64,000 bases of DNA from an uncultured Gemmatimonadales bacterium (GTDB lineage: Bacteria; Gemmatimonadota; Gemmatimonadetes; Gemmatimonadales; Gemmatimonadaceae): positions 32,001 through 96,000 of the forward strand of contig CAWBZV010000003.1 of NCBI GenBank assembly GCA_963793305.1, read 5' to 3'. Each line of letters starts with the position of its first letter. Position 1 is the first letter of the stretch. A program made the position numbers and the translations under genes. Under the pieces are notes generated by a model that was given only the letters and a program-made list of their open reading frames with translations, made no database searches and had not been told where the DNA came from. Shown piece after piece: positions 20,716-30,560 of this stretch.

Positions 20716-21762
20716 ATGCCGGTGCTCCAGTACGAGGTCTACCACAACACGGTGCAGACGTGGCTGATCGCCCTCGGCATTTTCGCCGTGTGCGTAGGCG
20801 TGCTGCTGATCCTGCGCGGCGCACTCGCCGGCCGGATCGAGAAGCATTCGCCGGAAGCCGCTCACATCGTCCGGTCGACCAGCCTGTTCTTCGTGGTCGC
20901 CCTCGGTCTGGCACTCGGCGCGCAAGAGCTGACGCTGGTCGAAGCCTGGGACCGGACAATCCGGGCGTTGCTCACCATCGCCAGCATCGTCCAAGTCGCC
21001 CTGTGGGGAAACGGGGTGATCGGCTTCCTGCTGAGAAAGTGGTCTGCACGCCGCGCCATCTCAGGAGACGCCCAAAACCCGACGACGCTGGCCGCCCTCG
21101 GCGTGCTGATCCGCATCGCGATGTGGGTGATCCTGCTGCTGATCGCCCTCGACAACCTGGGCGTGCGCATCACAACGCTCGTCGCCGGCCTCGGCGTCAG
21201 CGGCGTCGCCGTCGCGCTCGCCGTGCAGAACGTCCTGGGCGACCTGTTCGGCGCGATGTCGATTGTCCTCGACAAGCCATTCGTGGTCGGCGACACGATC
21301 ACGGTCGACACCTTCACGGGCACCGTCGAGCACATTGGCCTCAAGACAACGCGCCTCCGGAGCATCACCGGCGAGCAGATCGTGATCGCCAACCTCGACC
21401 TGCTCAAGAGCCGCATTCGCAACTGGAAGCGCATGAGCGAGCGCGGGGTCACGATGGTGACGCGCCTCTCGTACGACAACCCGCCCCACGTGATCGCCGG
21501 CGTGCCGGCGCTCATCGAGACGATCGTGAGAGCGACACCACAGGTGCGCTTCGTCCGCTCCCACGTGCGCGCCCTCGCCGATCTGGGCGCCGAGGTCGAG
21601 ACGCTGTACTTCGTGCTCTCGGCCGACTACCTGGTGTACATGAACGCGCAACAAGCGATCACTGTCGGCACGCTCGATAGCCTCGCGGCTGAAGGCGTGA
21701 AGATCCCGACGCCAGTGACCACTGTGATGCTGCGCGCGGATGCCGCTCCGCGGCACGTCTAG
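20716..21762 (+). CDS. Small-conductance mechanosensitive channel (MscS family)
   Basis: LVAGLGVSGVAVALAVQ, DKPFVVGD and GTVEHIGLKTT motifs. Confidence 0.92.
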   Translation: MPVLQYEVYHNTVQTWLIALGIFAVCVGVLLILRGALAGRIEKHSPEAAHIVRSTSLFFVVALGLALGAQELTLVEAWDRTIRALLTIASIVQVALWGNGVIGFLLRKWSARRAISGDAQNPTTLAALGVLIRIAMWVILLLIALDNLGVRITTLVAGLGVSGVAVALAVQNVLGDLFGAMSIVLDKPFVVGDTITVDTFTGTVEHIGLKTTRLRSITGEQIVIANLDLLKSRIRNWKRMSERGVTMVTRLSYDNPPHVIAGVPALIETIVRATPQVRFVRSHVRALADLGAEVETLYFVLSADYLVYMNAQQAITVGTLDSLAAEGVKIPTPVTTVMLRADAAPRHV

Positions 21763-21792
21763 GCTGCGCTCTGCGCCGCCTAGACTGGTCGA

Positions 21793-21836
21793 TTCGCCTC
21801 CGGGGGGCAAACCCCAAGTACGCCCCCGGACCCCCC
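21793..21836 (+). repeat. Intergenic REP-like dispersed repeat, copy 1
   Basis: TTCGCCTCCGGGGGGCAAACCCCAAGTACGCCCCCGGACCCCCC; near-identical to the reverse complement of 49706-49750. Confidence 0.8.
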
Positions 21837-21943
21837 TTCAAGCACGGTGCGCGCTGATCGCATCGTCCCACGAAATAATTTCCGCGATCTGCCCACGCGG
21901 ACAATCGGCGTAATGCTGCTGTAATCCTAGGTTGACGGGTCCA

Positions 21944-24715
21944 ATGCCCGTCTTCCTTCGACGCATTCGCATTGCGCGCTGGTGCGTTCGCACGGCCGTT
22001 GCCTGCGGCGCCAGCGTCCCGCTCGTGACCGTCCATCCCGCGCGCCTCGCCGCCCAAGCGGCGGGCGGTGCCGTTGCGGGGCGTGTCGCCGATTCGAGCG
22101 GCACGCCGGTTCCGGGCGCCATGATTTATATAGCAGGAACGCGGTACGGTGCCGTCACCGGCGACGATGGCCGTTACCGCGTCGCCGCACTCCCCGCGGG
22201 ATCGTACGCGATGCACGTCCGGCGCATCGGCTTCGCCGCCGATTCGTTCCGGGTGCGCATCGCGACCGGCGTCGTCGAGCGCAACGTCGTACTCCGTCCC
22301 GTCGCGTCGTCGATCGCCGGCGTCCAGATCACCGCCTCGCGCCCCGTCGAAACTCCGGAAGCCATCGTCGAGCAAGTCAAGCAAGCGCCGACGATCGAGA
22401 ACGTGGTCGGCGCGAAAACGATCGCCGCGCTCCCAAACGCCAACGCCGCCAATGTCGCGGCTCGACTCCCTGGCGTGACGACGGAGCGCGACGAAGGCGA
22501 GAGCAAGTTCGTCGAGATCCGCGGCACGGAGCCGCGCTTGAACAACGTGATGGTCGACGGCGTGCACGTTCCCGGCACCGAGCAAGGCGAGCGCAATCCC
22601 AAGCTCGACAATGTGCCAGCGGCGCTCCTGGGCGAGCTTACCGTCGACAAGACGCTGACGGCCGACATGGACGCCGACGCGATCGGCGGGACCGTCAACC
22701 TCGTGACGCGCGTTCCCGAAGGCGCACCCCACGGATCCGTGTCCGCCGAAGCGGGCGCCATCACGTTGCTGGGGCGCGAGACGGGCGATGCCACCGTGAT
22801 CTACGGCGGCCGAGTCGGGCACGACGAGCGGTTCGGCTTCCTTTTGAGCGCGTCCTACGATCGCAATGACCGCGCGATTAATGACCTCGAGCCGACATGG
22901 AGCAGCACCGCGGGCGGTGTGCATTTCTATCCCGGCGAATTCAGCCTGCAAGCTGACGAGTACGAGCGCACGCGCTACGGCGTGGGCGGTGGCGTCGATT
23001 ATCGTCTCTCGCCGTCGACCACGCTCTTCGTCAAAGGGCTCTACAGCCTTTTTCTCGATCACGGCTCGCTGTACGTGTTCGACGTCGGCAACGGCGAGGG
23101 CGCGCCCGTCGCGGGCAGCCGCGGGTCGACCGGTGTCGATACGGGCGCGACGCTCTATCGGATGTCGCAGGCGCTGACGCCGACCGAGCAGCTCTATAGC
23201 ACCGTGCTCGGCGGCACGACCGCCTTCCGACACGACACGCTGTCCTATCGGGTGAACATCGGTGGCACCTCGCGCAATGTCACCGGATTTCGCGCGTCGC
23301 CGTTCTACTACAACGCGCCGGCGTCGTATCGGTTCAATTACTCGAATCCCAACGTGCCGCTCTACTCCGGTCTTGCGCCTTCGGCCATGAGTGCGGCGCC
23401 GTATAGCCTGGGCGGTTATACCGACGACGACACGCGATCGCGGGCCTCGACCTACGGCGTCCGCTTCGACTACGCCACGCCGCACGTCGTCACCGGCTTT
23501 CGCATACGGTCCGAGGATTCGTATTACATCGATCAGAGCTATTCGGCGACGTACACCGGCCCGACGATGCCGCTCTCGGATTTCGTGAGCGGGTTTCACG
23601 ACCCCGGGTTCTACTCGGCGATTCATCCGCTCGCGTTGGGGCCGGTGCCCGACGATGCCGCGGTTCGGGCCTACGAGAACGCGCATCCCGGTCTCTTCGC
23701 TCGCACGGTCGACACGTTGGCGAATGCGCTCGGCAGCTTCTCCGGCAGCGAGCGGGTGTATGCGGGATACACCATGTTCCGCACCGACGTGGGTCGAGCC
23801 TCGCTTAACGCGGGATTGCGATTGGAGGTCACGGACGGGTCATACGCGGGCCATGGCGCCGCCGGCAACCAGACCTATGCGGATCTCTTCCCGAGCGCGC
23901 AGGTCAAGTTCCAACTCGATGACGCCACCGACGTGCGGGTAGCGGGGTCGCGGGCTATCGGGCGACCGAACTTCTCGGATCTCGCGCCAAGTGTGTCCGG
24001 ACTACCGGGCGACCCGGCGACGATCGTGATGATCGGCAACCCGAATCTCCGCCCTGAGTACTCATGGAACCTCGACCTGCTCGGCGAGCGGTTCCTCGAC
24101 CGCGCCGGGGTTCTGTCGGCGGGTCTCTTCTACAAGAACGTCAGCAATTTCATCTTCGTGCACTCGATCCCGGGCTACCGGGTCGCCCCGTTCAACGACG
24201 GTCCGAACTATCGCGCCGGGCAGCCCGAAAACGGGAGCGCCGGCACGCTCCTCGGGGTCGAGGCGGAGTGGAACCAGCGACTCGCGTTCTTGCCGGGCGT
24301 TTTGTCGGGCTTGGGATTCAACGTCAACGGCGCATTGACAACGTCCTGGGCGACGATAGACGACCGCCGCGTGCGGCTCCCGCGCCAGGCGCCGGCGCTG
24401 GCAAACACGGCGCTGGTCTACGAAAAGGGAGTCCTCGAGCTTCGCGCCGCTTGGGCGTATCAGGCCGCGAACATCGTGAGCTACGGCGACGGCACCAGCA
24501 ATCCGGCGACCGGCGATCAGTACTTCTACTCGCACGGTCAGGTCGATGCGTCGATCGAGTGGAAGCCGTTCCGCGATACCGAGATCGAGCTCGAAGGGAC
24601 GAACCTGAACGATGCCGTGTTCGGCTTCTACGCCGGCACGCCGCATCAGCACTACAGCTTCCAGCGCGAGTACTACGGGCAGACTTTCGCGGTCAGCGTG
24701 AAACGCGAATTCTGA
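21944..24715 (+). CDS. TonB-dependent receptor
   Basis: N-terminal carboxypeptidase-regulatory-like domain, plug with RDEGE and DAIGGTVNL, GNPNLRPE, C-terminal Phe. Confidence 0.9.
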   Translation: MPVFLRRIRIARWCVRTAVACGASVPLVTVHPARLAAQAAGGAVAGRVADSSGTPVPGAMIYIAGTRYGAVTGDDGRYRVAALPAGSYAMHVRRIGFAADSFRVRIATGVVERNVVLRPVASSIAGVQITASRPVETPEAIVEQVKQAPTIENVVGAKTIAALPNANAANVAARLPGVTTERDEGESKFVEIRGTEPRLNNVMVDGVHVPGTEQGERNPKLDNVPAALLGELTVDKTLTADMDADAIGGTVNLVTRVPEGAPHGSVSAEAGAITLLGRETGDATVIYGGRVGHDERFGFLLSASYDRNDRAINDLEPTWSSTAGGVHFYPGEFSLQADEYERTRYGVGGGVDYRLSPSTTLFVKGLYSLFLDHGSLYVFDVGNGEGAPVAGSRGSTGVDTGATLYRMSQALTPTEQLYSTVLGGTTAFRHDTLSYRVNIGGTSRNVTGFRASPFYYNAPASYRFNYSNPNVPLYSGLAPSAMSAAPYSLGGYTDDDTRSRASTYGVRFDYATPHVVTGFRIRSEDSYYIDQSYSATYTGPTMPLSDFVSGFHDPGFYSAIHPLALGPVPDDAAVRAYENAHPGLFARTVDTLANALGSFSGSERVYAGYTMFRTDVGRASLNAGLRLEVTDGSYAGHGAAGNQTYADLFPSAQVKFQLDDATDVRVAGSRAIGRPNFSDLAPSVSGLPGDPATIVMIGNPNLRPEYSWNLDLLGERFLDRAGVLSAGLFYKNVSNFIFVHSIPGYRVAPFNDGPNYRAGQPENGSAGTLLGVEAEWNQRLAFLPGVLSGLGFNVNGALTTSWATIDDRRVRLPRQAPALANTALVYEKGVLELRAAWAYQAANIVSYGDGTSNPATGDQYFYSHGQVDASIEWKPFRDTEIELEGTNLNDAVFGFYAGTPHQHYSFQREYYGQTFAVSVKREF

Positions 24716-24728
24716 GTTATGTTTCGGC

Positions 24729-25172
24729 ATGGAGACCACGCAGTCCATGCCGCCGTCCGTCGAGCGCGTGCTCGAGCGCTTCCGCTCGCTCTCGCGCGAG
24801 GACAAGATGCAGGCCCTCGTGCAGTACTCGAAGCAGCTCGAGCCGGTGCCCGAGCGATTCCTGGGACTCGATCGGGCCGAGTTCACGGTGCCCGAGTGTC
24901 AGACTCGGGTCGATCTGTTCCCGGAGCTGGTCGACGGGAAGCTGCACTTCTACGCTGATCTGAACTGCCGTCAGTCACCGACGATCGCGGCGTTTCTGGC
25001 GATCCTCTTCTCGGCGATCAACGATCAGCCGCCCGAGGTGGCGATGGCGCTACCGAACGATTTCGTGGCGCAGGTGATGAGCGACATCGGGCTGAGTAGC
25101 CGCGAGATCGGCCTCAATGCCATGCTCGCGAGAGTCAAACGCTACGCTCAGGCGGCGCATGATTCGCATTAA
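24729..25172 (+). CDS. sufE: SufE family Fe-S assembly protein
   Basis: VPECQT catalytic-Cys motif, SPT motif, length 147 aa. Confidence 0.8.
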   Translation: METTQSMPPSVERVLERFRSLSREDKMQALVQYSKQLEPVPERFLGLDRAEFTVPECQTRVDLFPELVDGKLHFYADLNCRQSPTIAAFLAILFSAINDQPPEVAMALPNDFVAQVMSDIGLSSREIGLNAMLARVKRYAQAAHDSH

Positions 25173-25383
25173 GGTCAGCGAGAACGGACCCTATCGCATC
25201 TCGGCCGAGGATGCCGACCAGGTCGTGGTCGTCGACGAAGCCGGCAACCTGATTCCGTCGCCTCGGCCCGACAAGAAGGCCATCGCGCTATGTCGTTGTG
25301 GAGCGTCTATGAAAAAGCCGTACTGCGACGGCACGCATAAGACGCTGTGGCCGCTTACGCCCGCGCCAGCACCACGTGAGTAG
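25159..25383 (+). CDS. CDGSH iron-sulfur domain protein
   Basis: NGPY...LCRCGASMKKPYCDGTH; start ATG 25159. Confidence 0.9.
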   Translation: MIRIKVSENGPYRISAEDADQVVVVDEAGNLIPSPRPDKKAIALCRCGASMKKPYCDGTHKTLWPLTPAPAPRE

Positions 25384-25993
25384 CGTTCGTACCGGGAACG
25401 AACTCACGGCAAGAATATCCCATTGCTCGCAGGTTCAAGCCGGCCAGGAGTAGCTCGCCCGAACCGAGGACGACGGGCGAGATGGCCAGATGCATCTCGT
25501 CCACGAGCCCGGCGCGCAGGTATTGCTGGATCGTCGCGACCCCGCCGCCGACGCGCACGTCTTTCCCGTTCGCCGCTGCCGTGGCGCGCTCCAACGCGGC
25601 GTGGATCCCATCAGTGACGAAGTGAAACGTCGTGCCGCCTTCCATGGTGATCGACGGCCGCGCGTGATGGGTCAGCACGAACGTAGGCACGTGATACGGC
25701 GGGTTCGCACCCCACCAGCCTTTCCATGCATCATCGGGCCAGGGCCCGCGAATCGGCCCGAACATATTGCGTCCGAGGATCCACGCCCCGACGTTCTGGA
25801 ACCCTTTCGCGGCAAACTCGTCATCGACGCCGGTGGCTCCATCACCGTCGCCGTGCATGCGCTGGAACGTGCGGGTCGGGAAAAACCACTGGTGAAGCTC
25901 GTGCCCGCCGACGCCGAGGGGATGCTCCAGGCTCTGATTGGGCCCCGCGCCGTAGCCATCGAGCGAGACCGAGAAACTCGAAACGCGGAGCAC
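25355..25993 (-). CDS. Dihydrofolate reductase family (RibD C-terminal domain) protein
   Basis: SVSLDGY, ILGRNMF, PTFVLTH and VGGGVAT motifs; GTG 25993 overlaps the upstream TAG. Confidence 0.85.
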   Translation of the reverse strand: MLRVSSFSVSLDGYGAGPNQSLEHPLGVGGHELHQWFFPTRTFQRMHGDGDGATGVDDEFAAKGFQNVGAWILGRNMFGPIRGPWPDDAWKGWWGANPPYHVPTFVLTHHARPSITMEGGTTFHFVTDGIHAALERATAAANGKDVRVGGGVATIQQYLRAGLVDEMHLAISPVVLGSGELLLAGLNLRAMGYSCREFVPGTNATHVVLARA

Positions 25994-26487
25994 TACGCCG
26001 GCAGTACTGCGGCGTGCCAGGAATGCGCGGCTTCCGTCTCGAAGCGCTCGCGCCACTCGCCAGCGGTGGCGACGGTGGGATCGAACACGGTCGTATGCCG
26101 CGTGACGACACCGGACTCGCCGAGCCGGGAGAACTCGTCCCGCGTGACAGTCTGGATCGCCCCGGTCTCGTCACGGAAGTGCACGCGACCGCCGCCAACG
26201 AGCGCGGCGCCGAGCCGTGATTCCAAACCGCGGAGGCTGCGGAAGAGCCCGTCGATGGAACACCCGGACGCATACGCGTCGGTCTGATCGACGGCGATCG
26301 TGAGAAACCGGTCGTCCCGCCACTCCCGCGCGACGATCAGCGGCTGGCCGTGCGCGCGCCACTGCTCCAGGTACGCGTCGACCTCGGCGAGCAGCAGCTC
26401 AGCCTGCGCCGGCGCGAGCGGCCGGTCAGCTGCGAATACCCAGACGCGGGCGTCGGGGGGGAGCGATGAAAATGATACCAACGGCAT
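25993..26487 (-). CDS. Conserved hypothetical protein (WxAHG and SGCSID motifs)
   Basis: 164-aa ORF with a leaderless -10 and stop/start coupling to the downstream gene. Confidence 0.75.
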   Translation of the reverse strand: MPLVSFSSLPPDARVWVFAADRPLAPAQAELLLAEVDAYLEQWRAHGQPLIVAREWRDDRFLTIAVDQTDAYASGCSIDGLFRSLRGLESRLGAALVGGGRVHFRDETGAIQTVTRDEFSRLGESGVVTRHTTVFDPTVATAGEWRERFETEAAHSWHAAVLPA

Positions 26488-26516
26488 AATCTGAAGAATA
26501 ATGTTAAGATGGGGGT
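26488..26516. promoter_or_regulatory. Divergent leaderless promoters (TATTCT on -, TAAGAT on +)
   Basis: TAAGAT 26505-26510 is 6 nt before ATG 26517. TATTCT on the minus strand is 7 nt before ATG 26487. Confidence 0.6.
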
Positions 26517-26834
26517 ATGGGGGGTACGGAAGAGAACAGAGAGCGAGCTGACGTGGTCGCCGAGCTCGCGGCCAAGCTCCGCCGCCGTGGCGTCGAGCTA
26601 ACTGGGAAGGAAACGAGCGACGAAGTCGGCGACCTTCTCGATGCCGTCGAGAATTGGGAGTCGGTGGTCGAGCGCCAAGGTGGCGATCTCTACGTGGACG
26701 AAGGCGGCGATGAGCCGGATAACCCCGACTTCGTGCTGCCGAAACGGCGCGCTGGCGAGCGAGTCGGCCAATACATTGGTCGCATCGAAGAAGCGACCGA
26801 GCTCCTGCGCCACGGTGGTCATCCGCCGCGATAG
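26517..26834 (+). CDS. Hypothetical acidic protein
   Basis: 105-aa ORF with a leaderless -10 and GGDL...PDNPDFVLP segment. Confidence 0.7.
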   Translation: MGGTEENRERADVVAELAAKLRRRGVELTGKETSDEVGDLLDAVENWESVVERQGGDLYVDEGGDEPDNPDFVLPKRRAGERVGQYIGRIEEATELLRHGGHPPR

Positions 26835-27385
26835 TCTCACTCGCTGACGTCCCGCACGCGCCGGCGGCGGTCTACACGATCGGGCATTCGACGCGTCCGA
26901 CAGATGTCTTCGTCTCGCTACTGACGCCACAGGGCATCGCGACGCTGATCGACGTGCGTCGGTTTCCGGGCTCGCGCCGGCATCCGCAGTTCGGCAGCGA
27001 TGCACTGGCCGCCTCGCTTCGCGCCGCCGACATCAATTACGCTCACTTCGTCGACCTCGGCGGCCGGCGTAATCCCGCTCCTGACTCCATCAACACCGCG
27101 TGGCGCCTGGATGCATTCCGCGGCTATGCCGACTACATGGAAACGCCGCAGTTTCATCGAGCCCTTACCGCGGCGCTTTCATTGCCATCGCCGCTCGTGT
27201 TCATGTGCGCTGAGGCTCTCTGGTGGCGGTGCCATCGGAGCCTGATCTCTGATTACCTCACCGCTGGCGGGATCCAGGTACGGCACATTGGCGATTCCGG
27301 TGTCACGATCCACACCGGTACAACGCCGGCGGTGATCACGCCCGGGTCGCTGTCGTACTCACCGCCCCAAGGGGATCTGTTTTAG
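26831..27385 (+). CDS. DUF488 domain protein (probable non-canonical ATA start)
   Basis: VYTIGHSTR, DVRRFPGSR, LGGRR, MCAE and WWRCHRSLI motifs. No ATG/GTG/TTG lies between the upstream in-frame stop (26720) and the YTIGHS motif. Confidence 0.8.
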   Translation: MVSLADVPHAPAAVYTIGHSTRPTDVFVSLLTPQGIATLIDVRRFPGSRRHPQFGSDALAASLRAADINYAHFVDLGGRRNPAPDSINTAWRLDAFRGYADYMETPQFHRALTAALSLPSPLVFMCAEALWWRCHRSLISDYLTAGGIQVRHIGDSGVTIHTGTTPAVITPGSLSYSPPQGDLF

Positions 27386-28258
27386 GGCGTCAGGCAGGAA
27401 GGCGTGCTTGAACACGAACCCCGCGCGCTCCAGCGCATGGGGAAGAACGCGCTGCGAAGCGAGGAGCACGGCCTCCCCCATTTCACCATAGGCCAGCTTC
27501 AAGGCGAACCCGGGCACCGTTGCGACCGCGGGCCGGTGCAGCGCGTGCCCCAACTCGTGGGTAAAGTCGGCGTTGATCACCGGATTTGGCGCCACGACAT
27601 TGACGGGCCCACTCACGAGATCGGACGTGATCGCAAAATCGATGGCCGCGACGACGTTGTCGAGCGTCACCCAACTCATCCACTGCCGGCCATTGCCGAG
27701 TCGCCCACCGGCGCCGAGCTTGAACGGCGGCAGCATTTTCTCGAGCGCCCCACCCGCCGCGCTCAACACGATGCCGAACCGCGTGAACACGGTCCGGATG
27801 CCGCGCTCGATGACGGGCGCGGCCGAAGACTCCCAGGCTTTCGCGACGTTGGCGAGGAACCCGGTGCCGGTCGCCGAGGTCTCGTCGAGAACCTCATCGC
27901 CGCGATCGCCATAGATGCCGATGGCCGACGCGTTGACGAGCACGCGTGGCGGTCGCGCCAAACCCGCGATCGTTTTGGCGAGCACCGTCGTCGCCTCCAT
28001 ACGGCTCGCCTTGATACGCCGCTTCCGCTCGGCCGTCCATCGCTCGGCGACTGGCTCACCGGCGAGGTTCACGACCGCCTGCACCCCGTCCAGCGCCGTG
28101 GGATCGAGCACGCTGCGCGCGGGATCCCATGTCACATCCCCGCGCGAGGCATCGGCGCCGCGTCGCATGAGGCGCACCACCCGATGTCCGGTCGCGCCCA
28201 AGTGTGCGACGAGCGCGCTGCCAATGAACCCCGTGGCGCCCGCGACCGCGATCTTCAT
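27359..28258 (-). CDS. TIGR01777 family NAD-dependent epimerase/oxidoreductase
   Basis: [26 protein letters not shown] and GRQWMSW motifs; ATG 28258 overlaps the DoxX stop. Confidence 0.9.
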   Translation of the reverse strand: MKIAVAGATGFIGSALVAHLGATGHRVVRLMRRGADASRGDVTWDPARSVLDPTALDGVQAVVNLAGEPVAERWTAERKRRIKASRMEATTVLAKTIAGLARPPRVLVNASAIGIYGDRGDEVLDETSATGTGFLANVAKAWESSAAPVIERGIRTVFTRFGIVLSAAGGALEKMLPPFKLGAGGRLGNGRQWMSWVTLDNVVAAIDFAITSDLVSGPVNVVAPNPVINADFTHELGHALHRPAVATVPGFALKLAYGEMGEAVLLASQRVLPHALERAGFVFKHAFLPDALKQIPLGR

Positions 28259-28638
28259 CCGCTGCGTTTGCGCCGGAGCACCGCGTCGAGCGACCACGCG
28301 CCCGCGCCGATGGCCGACAGGTACAAGAAGATGAAGCAGAGCAGCGAGGGCGTCTCGCCGTGGTTCACGATGGGCAACAATCCGCGCGGCAGGTGAAAGA
28401 GATAGTACGCGACCGCCATCTCGCCGGAGCACAGGAAGGCAATGACGTGCGTGAACAAACCGAGGATAATGCACGCGGCGAACACCGTCTCCATCACCAT
28501 GGCGATGTCCTGGAGCGGCCCCATCGGCTCGTGGTGCATGAATGAGATCACCTTCTGCACGCCGTGCTGCATGTACACGCCGGCCGCGAACACCCTCAGC
28601 AGCGTGTGAGTCAGGGTCTGCCACTTGGTTTCAGTCAT
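28255..28638 (-). CDS. DoxX family membrane protein
   Basis: HGVQK, GLFT, GEMAVAY and GAGAWSLD motifs. Confidence 0.88.
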   Translation of the reverse strand: MTETKWQTLTHTLLRVFAAGVYMQHGVQKVISFMHHEPMGPLQDIAMVMETVFAACIILGLFTHVIAFLCSGEMAVAYYLFHLPRGLLPIVNHGETPSLLCFIFLYLSAIGAGAWSLDAVLRRKRSG

Positions 28639-28662
28639 GCGACAAGTATATATCCCATTTCA

Positions 28663-30015
28663 ATGCCAACGCTCGTCGACAAGATCTGGGATGCGCACGT
28701 CGTTCGACCCGCGACGCCGGAGACACCGGCGATCCTGTACATCGACCTGCACCTCGTCCATGAGGTGACGTCGCCGCAGGCGTTCAGTGGCCTCCGCTCG
28801 CGTGGGCTGCGCGTCCGGCGGCCTGATCGGACGTTGGCGACCATGGACCATTCGACGCCAACGCTACCGGTGCATTCCGCTGATCCCATGGGGCTCAAAC
28901 AGCTGGCCGAGCTCGAACGGAATTGCGCCGAGTTCGGCGTCCCGCTGTACGCCCTCGGCTCTGATCGCCAGGGGATCGTGCACGTGATCGGGCCGGAGCT
29001 CGGGCTGACGCAGCCGGGTATGACGATCGTCTGCGGCGACAGCCATACGAGTACGCACGGTGCTTTCGGTGCGCTGGCGTTCGGCATCGGCACGTCGGAG
29101 GTCGAGCACGTGCTCGCCGCCCAGTGCTTGTTGCAGTACAAGCCGAAGACCATGCAAGTCCGCGTCGACGGCCGACTTCAGCCTGGCGTCTCGGCCAAGG
29201 ACATCATTCTCGCGATCATCGCTCAGAATGGCGTCGATGGCGGCACGGGGTACGTCTTCGAGTACACCGGCGACGCCATACGCTCGTTGTCGATGGAAGA
29301 GCGCATGACGGTCTGCAACATGTCGATCGAGGGCGGAGCGCGTGCTGGGCTCATCGCGCCGGACGGTACGACGTTCGAGTACGTGCTGGGGCGACCGTTC
29401 GCTCCGAAAGACCTACCAGCCGAGTGGCTCCGTCTATCGACTGACGACGGTGCGGTCTACGACCGGACCATAACTCTCGACGCTTCGCGTCTCGCGCCTA
29501 TGATCACCTATGGCACCAATCCCGGCGCAGGCATGCCCATCGACGGTCGCATTCCAGAGCCCGCGTCCATCAGCGACCGCAAGGCGCTGAATTACATGGG
29601 CCTCACACCGGGAGAGAGGCTGCTCGGCAAGCGGGTCGATGTCGTATTTCTTGGAAGCTGCACGAATGCGAGAATCTCGGATCTGCGACTCGCGGCGAAC
29701 GTCCTGCGTGGCCGTCGTGTGGCAGTACGGATGCTCGTCGTGCCGGGATCACGGGAGGTGAAGCGCCAGGCCGAGGCCGAAGGATTGGCTGATGTATTTC
29801 GTGAGGCGGGCGCCGAGTGGCGCGAGGCGGGCTGCTCGATGTGCATCGCGATGAACGGCGACTCATTGTCGCCCGGCCAGTATGCCGTGAGCACGAGCAA
29901 CCGCAACTTCGAGGGCCGCCAGGGCCAGGGTGGTCGCACGTTCCTGGCCAGCCCACTGACGGCCGCCGCCACGGCGATCGCTGGCATGATCGCCGATCCC
30001 AGGGCGGTCGCATGA
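28663..30015 (+). CDS. leuC: 3-isopropylmalate dehydratase large subunit
   Basis: [25 protein letters not shown] and [12 protein letters not shown] motifs; start ATG 28663. Confidence 0.96.
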   Translation: MPTLVDKIWDAHVVRPATPETPAILYIDLHLVHEVTSPQAFSGLRSRGLRVRRPDRTLATMDHSTPTLPVHSADPMGLKQLAELERNCAEFGVPLYALGSDRQGIVHVIGPELGLTQPGMTIVCGDSHTSTHGAFGALAFGIGTSEVEHVLAAQCLLQYKPKTMQVRVDGRLQPGVSAKDIILAIIAQNGVDGGTGYVFEYTGDAIRSLSMEERMTVCNMSIEGGARAGLIAPDGTTFEYVLGRPFAPKDLPAEWLRLSTDDGAVYDRTITLDASRLAPMITYGTNPGAGMPIDGRIPEPASISDRKALNYMGLTPGERLLGKRVDVVFLGSCTNARISDLRLAANVLRGRRVAVRMLVVPGSREVKRQAEAEGLADVFREAGAEWREAGCSMCIAMNGDSLSPGQYAVSTSNRNFEGRQGQGGRTFLASPLTAAATAIAGMIADPRAVA

Positions 30016-30560
30016 AGATTGTGTCCAAAGTATTCGTGATCCCGAACGAGAACATCGATACGGATCAGATCATCCCGGCGAGATTCCTCAAGGTCACCGA
30101 CAAGAGTGGCTTGGGCTCCAATGTGTTCGCCGACTGGAACCCACGCCCGGACCCCGCCGGCGCGGCGATCCTCGTCGCCGGGCACAACTTCGGTTGCGGA
30201 TCCTCTCGCGAGCACGCGCCGTGGGCGCTGCTCGGCGCCGGATTCCGCGCGGTCGTCAGCACGCAGATCGCGGATATTTTCAGAAACAACGCGCTGAAAA
30301 ACGGATTGTTGCCGATCACGGTCGATCCGGCGATGCACGCGCACCTCGCCGCGGACCGTGGCGAGGTCACGATCGATCTCGCGCTGCAGCGAATCGCATC
30401 AAGCGAGGGGCGGGATGCGACGTTTGCGATCGATCCGTTCGCCAAGCATTGTTTGCTGCAGGGTGTCGATCAACTCGGTTTCGTACTGGCCGAGTCTCGG
30501 GCGATTGACCGATTCGAATCCACGCATCCGGCACGGATCGTGACAACGAGTTCAGCGTGA
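30012..30560 (+). CDS. leuD: 3-isopropylmalate dehydratase small subunit
   Basis: NIDTDQIIP and [11 protein letters not shown] motifs; ATGA overlap with leuC. Confidence 0.95.
   Translation: MKIVSKVFVIPNENIDTDQIIPARFLKVTDKSGLGSNVFADWNPRPDPAGAAILVAGHNFGCGSSREHAPWALLGAGFRAVVSTQIADIFRNNALKNGLLPITVDPAMHAHLAADRGEVTIDLALQRIASSEGRDATFAIDPFAKHCLLQGVDQLGFVLAESRAIDRFESTHPARIVTTSSA

Noticed and set aside
21872..21882. GAAATAATTTC palindrome upstream of the TonB receptor as a Fur box
   Set aside because: Too short and a poor match to the 19-bp Fur consensus.
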